This document shows, one piece after another, positions 27,771 through 36,819 of a stretch of 64,000 nucleotides of DNA (position 1 is the first letter of the stretch; each line of letters opens with the position of its first letter). The notes under the pieces are model-generated. The model worked only from the letters and a program-made list of their open reading frames with translations. It had not been told where the DNA came from and searched no databases. Source of the stretch: Candidatus Latescibacterota bacterium (GTDB lineage: Bacteria > Latescibacterota > UBA2968); assembly GCA_965207885.1 (NCBI GenBank), contig OZ242311.1:640001-704000 (forward strand), in the 5' to 3' direction. Made by a program: the position numbers and the translations under genes.

Positions 27771-28049
27771 ATGGCAGAAATAAAAACGGTTCAATGTCCA
27801 CATTGTAAAAAAAATGTGCGTTTTGAGAAAAGCGCATCTGGCAAATGGGTTGGAACTATTGCTGGTGGTGGCATAGGGTGGGGGATTGGGTCGGGTTTGG
27901 GCATAGCCGGGGGAATACTCGGCGCACCTATCGCTATACCCGCTGCGCTTGTGGCATTGGGTATAGGCGCACTATTGGGCAATAGAGCAGGGGCAATAGC
28001 AGATAATTCTGTAAAATGTCCAAACTGCAAGGAGCACATGTCAATATGA
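27771..28049 (+). CDS. Small glycine-zipper membrane protein flanked by two CxxC pairs
   Basis: CPHC...GxxxG-rich hydrophobic core...CPNC; AAGGAG RBS. Confidence 0.8.
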   Translation: MAEIKTVQCPHCKKNVRFEKSASGKWVGTIAGGGIGWGIGSGLGIAGGILGAPIAIPAALVALGIGALLGNRAGAIADNSVKCPNCKEHMSI

Positions 28050-28060
28050 AAGGGGCAAGT

Positions 28061-28696
28061 ATGAAGTTTCGCAACTTACTCACGGTGGCCTTTCTGATGC
28101 TGACGGTCAACATCCAAGCGAGTCCACTTGGAGAGAACCCGTTTGGCTTCAAGATGGGTATAACTCAAGACGATGTGCGCAACTTGGAAGGCGTTGTTGT
28201 CGATAGTGCCTGGGTATCGGGAAAGACAAAAGTTTTGACACTCTCCAAAGTGCCAGTGCCAGATGCAAGGTTTGTGACCTTTAACCTGTATTTCACAGAG
28301 AAGCACGGCCTTTATACACTTCAGGCCATGAGCAATTTTCTCAGGGTTGGGACAGGCGGGCAGGACATTATGCCGAAATATGTTGCGCTTCGTGAAGAAT
28401 TGGCAAAAATCTATGATAAGTACACCAAATATGGATTCACCAAATCGGCTTATGTGGATGGCATCGCCACTTGGGAGACTGGTATTGAGTGGGCATTGCA
28501 AGTCAGAAAGGGAAGCGGTCGGCACGATGGGCACGCTTTCGTTTCAAACTGGCTATTAGGCTTGGGTGGTCAAAAACAAAGCGAGCAACTCAGCATTGTT
28601 GGGCTATCAATCAGGGTGTGGGATCCCGCAAACCTTGTGCTGACATTCGGCTTTCGCAATATGCATGATGCCGGCGACTATGTTAGTAATCCTTGA
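28061..28696 (+). CDS. Secreted hypothetical cargo protein
   Basis: Signal peptide MKFRNLLTVAFLMLTVNIQA then PFGFKMG. Confidence 0.7.
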   Translation: MKFRNLLTVAFLMLTVNIQASPLGENPFGFKMGITQDDVRNLEGVVVDSAWVSGKTKVLTLSKVPVPDARFVTFNLYFTEKHGLYTLQAMSNFLRVGTGGQDIMPKYVALREELAKIYDKYTKYGFTKSAYVDGIATWETGIEWALQVRKGSGRHDGHAFVSNWLLGLGGQKQSEQLSIVGLSIRVWDPANLVLTFGFRNMHDAGDYVSNP

Positions 28697-28862
28697 TGAC
28701 CACGGTGGTCTTCCAAGTGATGCGTGGCCTGGAGTTTCTTGCCAATATCCGGTTGAGATCTTTCCTGTTCTGTTGTTCGACCCGGCTCTGCCTTTCATGA
28801 CAGGTTCTGGTGCATAGCACATAATAGCCAAGATACGGGCAGTTCTGGCATTTGAATTCCAT
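28683..28862 (-). CDS. Small Cys-rich hypothetical protein (59 aa), absent from ORF track
   Basis: AAGGAG-6nt-ATG; MEFKCQNCPYLGYYVLCTRTCHERQ...VVIKDY*. Confidence 0.5.
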   Translation of the reverse strand: MEFKCQNCPYLGYYVLCTRTCHERQSRVEQQNRKDLNRILARNSRPRITWKTTVVIKDY

Positions 28863-29028
28863 GTCAAGCTCCTTACAGATAATCGCTTGACAGATTTCCC
28901 CAATTCATGTAAGTTTGGGTATCATCTGTCGGCGATGGTATATATGGGGCCCGCCCTTATCCCAATGGGGGCGGGCTGCTGCATTTTGCAGCAGTATGTG
29001 TACATTTTACCGTATTCGCTTATTGCTG

Positions 29029-29970
29029 TCAAGCCGTGAGGTCGCAATACCTCAGCCGTTTCCCCTCAAATCCTCGCACGATCATCTTCATCTGCTCAAT
29101 GGTGTCCTTCATCCGCATGTTCTGCCGTGCCACAAACTCTGCGATATACCTCCACAGGTGCTTCTTGCTCATCTTGTGATACACACCCATGATGGCACGT
29201 TTGATGCCCGACCAGAAAGATTCGATGCCGTTTGTGTGAGCGTCATCTCGGACATATTCTCCCCGCGAGTGAATCACCTTTTCGTGTTCGTATCCTTCCA
29301 GGTCATTATAGACGTGTGACCCGTCTGTATAGACGGTTGCACCCTTCTTGGTGCGATCTTCTATAAACGCGTGTAGGGTGTCCTCATCGGGATCGTCAAT
29401 CACAAGGGCCTGAACCTGTTTGGTCTCTCTATTCTTCACGCCAGCCACAGGGATTTTGCCCGATGTGCCTCTGCCAGCACGCAGTTTCTTCTTCGCGTGT
29501 TTGTTGCCTTCCTTGCCGCCGATATAGGTCTCATCAACTTCTACTGTGCCCTCAAACAGGAAGAGTTGCTCTTCTGCCATCGCCTCACGGATACGATGCA
29601 GAAGATGCCATGCTGTTTTCTGTGTGACACTCAAATCACGATGGATCTTCATGGATGAAATCCCTTTGAGTGTGGTGGTAAAAAGATAGACAGCAAATGC
29701 CCATATCTGATAGCCAAGGTTGGAACACGCCATAATGGTGCCCGTCTTTACAGAGAACCGTTTGTCACAGTCCCTGCATCTGTGTGGCATGGTCTTGTGC
29801 GCCGTCCTTTCATTCACATTGACACTCCCACAACACGGGCAGGCCATCCCATCAGGCCAGCGTGTGTGGATAAACCACTTCTCTGCGGTCGCGTTGTCGG
29901 GGAACATCTTGAACAACTGGATGAGGGATATGCCCTCTCGCTGATGCATGCCAGGCGCATTGCGTGCCAT
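29029..29970 (-). CDS. IS1595-family DDE transposase
   Basis: Zn ribbon CPCC/CRDC, HTH, VEVDETYIGG, VYTDG, HTNGIESFW. Confidence 0.95.
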   Translation of the reverse strand: MARNAPGMHQREGISLIQLFKMFPDNATAEKWFIHTRWPDGMACPCCGSVNVNERTAHKTMPHRCRDCDKRFSVKTGTIMACSNLGYQIWAFAVYLFTTTLKGISSMKIHRDLSVTQKTAWHLLHRIREAMAEEQLFLFEGTVEVDETYIGGKEGNKHAKKKLRAGRGTSGKIPVAGVKNRETKQVQALVIDDPDEDTLHAFIEDRTKKGATVYTDGSHVYNDLEGYEHEKVIHSRGEYVRDDAHTNGIESFWSGIKRAIMGVYHKMSKKHLWRYIAEFVARQNMRMKDTIEQMKMIVRGFEGKRLRYCDLTA

Positions 29971-30320
29971 AGGTACACCTCACTTTTCTCTTGCAATTTG
30001 TGTGGTGACCCGTTATTTTTTATTCAAGCTAACCTAATCTCATTGTTTAGCTTTTTGGAGGGCAGTTGGGCGAGCCCTATGTTCCAGCATAGGGCTCGCC
30101 CTTTTTATATCTGCCCAAAAAATAATGGGTTACGATTTGAAATAAGATAACATTCCGTACGCTAAAATGCAAGTATTTTTTACTGCTCAAATGTGCAGTA
30201 AAAAAGAAAAGTGCTTGATTCTGAGAACCCGTTGGGTTAGATTTGGGCATCCATTATTAGCGCCATTTACGGTTGTATCAGCAACCGTAAATGGCTAACC
30301 CCCACATCCAAGGAGGAAAC

Positions 30321-30626
30321 ATGGGGATCTTTAATCCGGGGCGGCCATCCACCCAGGATCCGCCGGGCAGCATGGGACTGTATCGCTCAGTAGGACCCGA
30401 GGGCAATCTTAAGTATATCGGGTCGGCGAGTGACCTGAGTAGCCGTATCAATGCTCAGATCAGGTCAGGTGCTAAGGTGTCGCCTGGTGACACAATAGCT
30501 TGGCAGGCGGCCAAGCTAGGCACAACTATTCAACAAGTGAGGGCACATGAGGCCGCAAAGATAGCCCAACACAACCCACCCCTGAACCTCAGAGCGGGTG
30601 GAGGAGGACGCCTGCCAAATACGTGA
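30321..30626 (+). CDS. Minimal GIY-YIG nuclease-family cargo protein
   Basis: GLY...YIG, SRI, HE, PPLN motifs; AGGAGG RBS. Confidence 0.75.
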   Translation: MGIFNPGRPSTQDPPGSMGLYRSVGPEGNLKYIGSASDLSSRINAQIRSGAKVSPGDTIAWQAAKLGTTIQQVRAHEAAKIAQHNPPLNLRAGGGGRLPNT

Positions 30627-30642
30627 TGATAATGTGTAACGA

Positions 30643-30677
30643 GAAAAGGGAGAACACGATCTGTGTTCTCCCTTTTT
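30643..30677. terminator. Intrinsic terminator
   Basis: GAAAAGGGAGAACAC-gatct-GTGTTCTCCCTTTTT. Confidence 0.75.
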
Positions 30678-30735
30678 GTTTGCCAACATCTTTCTTGGTC
30701 ACTTCGGCACTATTGTATATAATTCCCGACAGTTA

Positions 30736-31977
30736 GGCCCCATGCGCAACTTCCTCATTCGGCACGATGATCTCGTTTTCATGGCCGGGCATTTCACGTT
30801 GCAAGAAAATCTGGCCGACGTCACCCGCAATTACATCGCCAAAGCGATCGCGCACTACGACCGAGAGGGCCTGGAAGCGACCATCGCGTATTACAACAGC
30901 CGGGAAAGCGTGGATGGGCATTTTTATTTGTTCCTCATCGGGGCCGATGATCTCTACCTGGCACATCCCATTTTCCCGCACCTGATCGGCACGGACATCA
31001 AGGACGTGGTGGGTTCGGACGGTTACGAACTGGGGAAGGAGATCGCCAAGGCGACCGCGGAAGGCCATTGGGTGGAATACCTGTGGCCGAACCCGGTAAC
31101 GCTGCAGGAAGAACATAAGGCGGCCTGGGTGGTGCGCCACGACGGGCTGATCTTCGCCTCGGGCTACTACACCTCGGACACCGAGGCCGGGTCGCCGCCC
31201 TGGCAGGGTGCCGATCCGAGGGAGTACACCGTGGCGTACGTGCAACGGGCCATTGACCGCTACAAGAGCGATGGCCTGGAGGCGATGAAGGCCTACTACA
31301 ACAGCGTGGCCTCCATTGAGGGCGAGTGGTATTTGTTCGCCACCGGCGCGGACGACATCTATCACGTCCACCCGCTGATTTCCAAACTGATCGGCACGGA
31401 CCTCAAGGATGTGGTGGGTTCCGATGGCTACGAACTGGGCAAGGCGCTGGTCAAGGCGGGGGACGGCGTGGGCGTTTGGGTGGAATACCTGTGGCCGCAT
31501 CCGGTGACGCTGGCGGAGGTTCCCAAGGTGGGCTATGCCATTCGGCACGATGGGATGATTTTCGCTTCGGGCTATTACCCTGCCCCGGAGAGTCCCGAAG
31601 CGGGCACCAAGGCATACGTGCAGGCTGCCATAGACAAGTACAAACAGGATGGCCTGGAAGCTACAGTCGCCTACTACAGCAGCCGGGAGAGCATTGAAGG
31701 CCAATCGTCCCTGTTCCTGATTGACGAGAATGACCGCATCGCTGTCTTCCTTGTTGCGCCCGGAGCGGTGGGTCTCAATATCGAGGCCATTAAGGTACCC
31801 AGCACCGGATTTGAACTTGGCAAAGAAATAGTGCGTGCGACCGAGGCCGGGCACTGGATTCACTACCAGCGGCCCCACGTGAGAACCGGCGTAATCCTGG
31901 ATGCACATGCATGGGTGATTCGCTACGATGGCCTGATTTTCGGGTCGAGCTACTTTGGCGAACCGGCGGGCGATTGA
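30736..31977 (+). pseudogene. Secreted tandem Cache-domain protein, 3' fragment (end of unit 1 plus three units)
   Basis: Repeated Y..KAI..Y..DGLEA..AYY, YLF, WVEYLWPNP, RHDG.IFASGYY; no TM or output domain. Confidence 0.85.
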
Positions 31978-32595
31978 GAAGCCTTTGTCTCGCATTACTA
32001 CGCGCGAGCAGGCGACGAATCCCCATCGCTTATGGCTGCGTTTGAAGCGCAGCCATAAGTAGCTTTAACCGTTTTTGCACCACGCAATATTAGAGGATGT
32101 AATCATGGCGGAAGTCAGGCAGGTAAATGAGGGTATTCGCTACGAACCAGAGGACAAATGTCCCCGGTCTGTAGCCATACTCTCTGCCGTTCAGATGGCA
32201 TCGCCAAATATCGTCATGGTCGTGGTGTTTACGACTGTGGTCATTCGATCATCGGGCGAGACCGGGGCCTATTTGCCGTGGGCCGTGTTTATGGCCTTGA
32301 TAACGTGCGGATTCACGTCAATTATTCAGGCTTTCCGTGGTCGAATTGGGACTGGACTTCTCATTTTGACGGGTTTCAATATCCCTTTTATTGCGATCTC
32401 TACGCTTGCCTTAGAAAAAGGCGGACCGGGCTTGCTGGCGATTTTGACCGTTGTCTCGACGCTCATTCAGTTGGTGCTCACGATGTACCTTCCGCTGTTG
32501 CGCCGAATATTTACGCGAACCGTCAGTGGCACAATTGTGATGTTGGTCGCAGCTACGGCAGCTCCCTTCCTGTTTAACGATGTTGTGAAATCGAC

Positions 32596-33793
32596 CATAG
32601 TACACGACAAAAAATAAAAGACCTGTGAAAAAAGCTAAAAAGAGTTAGGTTTGAATGTCCCAAGACAAACCTTTCTCATCTTAACAAGGCACAGGTCTAT
32701 GTCTCCTGAAACTATTGAACTTCAAACGATTATGCAAGGATATTTTCACTGGCATAAAGCCCGAATAACGTTTACCGCTGCGTTCATATTGTCGCTGATA
32801 AAATTGCGTAGCGTCAATTTTATGAAACTGGCAAACGCACTCAATGGAACCGTCAAGCAGAAATCTAATTATCGTCGTATCCAACGCTTCTTTGCCCACT
32901 TTGCCTTACCCTATGCGTGTGTGAGACAATTGATCTTGCACTTATTACCTATAAAGTCGGATTTTATAGTCTCAATAGATCGCACCAATTGGAAGTTGGG
33001 AAAATTCAATATCAACATCCTAACCGCAGGCATTATCTATGAAGGGGTCGCCTTTCCTATCTGTTGGCACTTGTTAAAAAAACGGGGCAATTCCAATAGT
33101 GATGAGCGTATCCATTTGATGCAAGAAATGCTCAACTGCATCTGCAAATCGCATATCCGCGTTGTCGTCGCAGACAGAGAATTTATTGGAAGAGAATGGT
33201 TTAGGTGGTTAGACACACAAAATATACCCTTTGTTATTCGCATCAAGGAAAACGCTCTTGTCTCATCAGGCGGTAGAGAGATCCCCATAAGAAAACGGTT
33301 TGAAAATCTTAATATCCATCAGCAGGTCAACTTGTGCAAACGCCACCGCGTTTATGACCTGCCTGTATATCTGTCTGCACTAAGATTGAAGGACCAATAC
33401 CTCATTCTTGCCAGCAACCAAAAAGGTCAAGCCGCATTGGATACCTATAAAAAACGATGGGGCATTGAAGTCCTTTTTGCCAATCTTAAAAGTCGAGGAT
33501 TTAATCTGGAAGAGACCCATCTTATACATCAAGACCGCATTGAGAAACTCATCGCGCTTTTGGCCATTGCCTGCATCTGGGCGCATATCATCGGCGAATG
33601 GATAGCAAAAACAAATCCTTTGACGATCAAAAATCACGGGCGGATGGAGAAAAGTCTCTTCCGATATGGGTTGGACTATTTGCAGTATGTCCTGCTCAAT
33701 ATAAACCAACAAACCCAACAGTTCCTCATATGCATTCGTTTACTGAGTAATCCGCCACTGTTTAAAACAATTTAAGTTTTGTCGTGTACCATG
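32596..33793 (+). mobile_element. IS4-family (IS10-like) insertion sequence, copy 1 (1198 bp)
   Basis: TIRs CATAGTACACGACAAAA / TTTTGTCGTGTACCATG; 9 bp TSD GAAATCGAC. Confidence 0.95.
32651..33775 (+). CDS. IS4-family transposase
   Basis: IDRTNW, ADREF, YKKRWGIEVLFANLKSRGFNLE (YREK motif). Confidence 0.95.
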   Translation: MNVPRQTFLILTRHRSMSPETIELQTIMQGYFHWHKARITFTAAFILSLIKLRSVNFMKLANALNGTVKQKSNYRRIQRFFAHFALPYACVRQLILHLLPIKSDFIVSIDRTNWKLGKFNINILTAGIIYEGVAFPICWHLLKKRGNSNSDERIHLMQEMLNCICKSHIRVVVADREFIGREWFRWLDTQNIPFVIRIKENALVSSGGREIPIRKRFENLNIHQQVNLCKRHRVYDLPVYLSALRLKDQYLILASNQKGQAALDTYKKRWGIEVLFANLKSRGFNLEETHLIHQDRIEKLIALLAIACIWAHIIGEWIAKTNPLTIKNHGRMEKSLFRYGLDYLQYVLLNINQQTQQFLICIRLLSNPPLFKTI

Positions 33794-35081
33794 GAAATCG
33801 ACACAGGATTTGCCCGTTGATCGCGTTATCGCGACCCTGACAACATCTTTGCTTGTTGGGGTACTGATAATTTTGCGTGCGCCACAGATCTGGCGGCTGT
33901 GGATAGTCGGTATCACCATTTTGGCGGGTCTGATTGTCGCAGTGCCTTTGGGGTTGTACGATAACAGCGGTGTGGTCGAAGCTGCCTATATTGGTTTTCC
34001 CGTTCCCGTCTGGGAAGGTTTGGATTTGACCTTTGGCGTTGAATTTTGGGGGCTTCTGCCGGCTTTTATCTTTGTCGGTTTGGTGACTTTTGTGAAGGCT
34101 GTTGGGGATATTGGCGTGATCCAAAGAGCTTCGCACCGAGAGGTACAGGCACAGGATTTCAGAGTTGTTCAAGGCGGCCTCAATGCCTACTCCGTGGGCA
34201 ATTTGATCGTGGGCTTTCTGGGCATTCCCTCTGCCACGACGCCCTGGGCACTCACTGCAACGTATGTCTCTCTTACAGGCGTGGCTACGCGGATAGTGGG
34301 TGTGTACATGGGGTTGTTTATGATCGGGGTGGCATTTTTGCCCAAGTTGGGGGCTTTTCTCATTGCGATTCCGAGTCCGGTTCTGGCGGCTGTCTATATC
34401 ATCGTATTTGGCGGGCTTTTCGTGGAAGGGGCAAAGGTGGCGTTCGATGATAAGATTGATCATCGCAAGAGTATCGTCATCGCGGTATCGATAATGGTTG
34501 GGCTTTCTTCTGGGAGTATTGCTGGATTTTTTGACGGGTTTGTGCACGAGTTGCTCGATAGCGGGGTTACGGTGGGAAGCCTGACGGTTATTGGCATGAC
34601 GCTTTTGGTGGAGCTGACCGGTTCGCGGCGGAGAAAAATTCAAGTGCCGCTGGAGTTGTCTGCATTGCCCGCGATTGACGAGTTTCTCGTTGCGTTTGCC
34701 GAGAAATACGGTTGGACGGAGAGCGGGCAATACCGCCTGCGTTCGGTAGGGGAAGAGATGCTGGTGAGTCTTGTGACGCAGGATGAAAAGGAATCTTCCA
34801 GTACACCGCGGCAACTGATCATGGGTATTCGCATGGATGATGGGGTAGCAGAGGTTGAATTTCTGGCGGCTTCGGATGGCGAGAATATCGAAGACCAGAT
34901 CGCGTATTTGGGTGAGGATGCGTATGCCGAGGATGATCACGAGTTTTCGATCCGGCTTTTGCGGCATTACGCTTCATCGGTGCATCATCGGAAGTATGAG
35001 GGGATCGATGTTATTACGGCTCGGGTGGAGAATGCGATGTGAAGAACGGATAGACGAGGGTTTCACCCTCCTGTTTTGCGT

Positions 35082-36212
35082 TCATAAGGTGAGAAATTTC
35101 GGATAGGTCGTCAGGTTTTCGAGGCCGTCTTCGGTGACGACGGCGAGGTCTTCGATGCGCACGGCGCCCCGGCCCGGGTAATAGAGGCCCGGTTCGATGG
35201 TGACGATGTGCCCGGCGCAGAGGGTTTCCGGGGTTTTGCCGATGCGCGGGGGTTCGTGGATTTCAAGGCCCAGGCCGTGACCCGTGCCGTGAAAGAATCC
35301 CTGCATGCGGCCGTCTATGTTGCCGGTTTCGAAGTTGCGGTTTTCAAAGAGTTCTGTGAGTGCCCGATGGATGGCCTGGCCGTCTGCTTCTGCGCGGACG
35401 CTGTCGAGGACGAGGTTTTGTCCGGCGAGGACTGCGTCGTAGATGTTCTGGAGGTCGGCAGAGGGTTCGCCTTTGACGACGGTGCGGGTGAGGTCGGCGA
35501 AGTAGCCGGTGGTGTTCGAGCGGGGGAAGATGTCGATGATGATGGATTGGTGCGCGTGTAGTGGGCCGGTGCCTTCGTTGTGGGGGTCGCAGGCCTGGTC
35601 GCCACCGGCGACGATGGTGTGACCGGCTGTGTAGTCGCGTTCGAGGAGGAGAAATTTTATTTCGCGTTTGACGGTTTCCGATGTGAGGGGTTCGCCGTTG
35701 TGGTAGAGGAGGTCGCCGCGGATTTCAGAGTTGCGGATGAGGGTTATGGCGGCGTCCATTGCGGCTTCGGTGTGTTGTTGGGCTTCGCGGATGTATTCGA
35801 TTTCTTCGGGGGTTTTGATTTCCCGGTCGGGCCAGTACGCGCCTTCTGGAAATGCCACTGTGTATCCGCGTTCGCGCAAGTCGTCTGCCGTGGCTATGGC
35901 AAAGGCGCGGGGGACGTTCAGGTGGGTGATGTTTTTTTCCCGTAGTACTTCGTGTAGGGCATCGATTTGAGAGGGTTCTTCATCGGTGTCCTTTTTTTTT
36001 GCTTTTTCCTGGTATTCGGATAGGGAGAGTACATGATCGACCTGGGCCTGGGCGCGCGCGCGGTCGCGTTCCAGGTCGGACATGAGGAGGTGTTTTTTTG
36101 CGCCGATTTGAAAGAAGATGAAGGGGTCGGGCGCGAGAAAGCGCGTGGCGTAGTACATGTCGGCGTCGGTTTCGCTGGCGGCTATCATGAGCCGCGCGTC
36201 AGAGATGCTCAT
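35082..36212 (-). CDS. Xaa-Pro peptidase (M24 family)
   Basis: IKTPEEI, PH, GYFADLTRT, HGTGHGLGLEIHE, TIEPGLY, VRIED. Confidence 0.92.
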   Translation of the reverse strand: MSISDARLMIAASETDADMYYATRFLAPDPFIFFQIGAKKHLLMSDLERDRARAQAQVDHVLSLSEYQEKAKKKDTDEEPSQIDALHEVLREKNITHLNVPRAFAIATADDLRERGYTVAFPEGAYWPDREIKTPEEIEYIREAQQHTEAAMDAAITLIRNSEIRGDLLYHNGEPLTSETVKREIKFLLLERDYTAGHTIVAGGDQACDPHNEGTGPLHAHQSIIIDIFPRSNTTGYFADLTRTVVKGEPSADLQNIYDAVLAGQNLVLDSVRAEADGQAIHRALTELFENRNFETGNIDGRMQGFFHGTGHGLGLEIHEPPRIGKTPETLCAGHIVTIEPGLYYPGRGAVRIEDLAVVTEDGLENLTTYPKFLTL

Positions 36213-36368
36213 TATTTAGATCCTAAGAAGCTGTTTTAAAATTATGAGAAAGTAAAAAAAGCGTATTCATCTTGTCAAATGCTTTTGAAGTGCCTCAAGG
36301 CCCTCAAGAGCCTTATTATTGGGATGGGGATATATATCCTGGGATTTTCTAAAATTTACAACAGTGCC

Positions 36369-36784
36369 CGCCCGATTGCCTTGTTCAAGCCCGTGTACCG
36401 TCTGTGATAGTATAGTCCCTTGCGGTGAGGAAGAATGTAGCTATCCGAGGAGAGAAAGACATTACGCTCTGTTGAATCAATAAATTGTGTTAAAATCTCC
36501 TCCTTCTTTTCTTTGGACAGAGAAGATGAATAAAGGCGATTGCTAAATAAAATTCCCTGAACACTGTATAACGTGACATCTGGACGGCGTTTTTCAATGT
36601 GTTGATAATAGCCCATTGACGTGGTTCCAAAATCGCCAAATACGAATAAAACCGCGCCTTCCGGTAAAGTATCCAATACCATGTCCGCGTATTGCTTTGC
36701 AAAGTCACTATTAGACCGATTATTGATTTTCCAGTCTTTATGCACCGACCACGCAACCATCGCCGCGCCAAGACCACATAAGAC
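36369..36784 (-). pseudogene. Fragment of a DUF2723/TMEM260-like membrane protein
   Basis: LDTLPEGAVLFVFGD...YYQHIEKRRPDV resembles the DUF2723 C-terminal region; no N-terminus present. Confidence 0.55.
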
Positions 36785-36819
36785 TTGCATAAATTACTGT
36801 TTTTGTGTATATTTACATT

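Larger units (their letters stand above)
25788..30727. mobile_element. IS1595-family cargo transposon (4940 bp including nested IS5)
   Basis: Perfect 29 bp TIRs GGGAATTATATACAATAGTGCCGAAGTGA; 8 bp TSD GACAGTTA (25780-25787, 30728-30735); internal IS1595 transposase. Confidence 0.93.
32105..35042 (+). pseudogene. NCS2 (xanthine/uracil) permease with C-terminal soluble domain, split by IS4
   Basis: IRYEPEDK, AVQ, GRIGTGL, LTGVATR, FLPKLGAFLIAIPSPV; frame restored (VKSTQDLPV) on IS removal. Confidence 0.85.

Noticed and set aside
30733-31995. Long antisense and alternate-frame ORFs (this one, 33762-34967, 57830-58939, 61798-62955 and similar)
   Set aside because: Shadows of genes with recognisable motifs on the other strand or frame; they carry no motifs of their own
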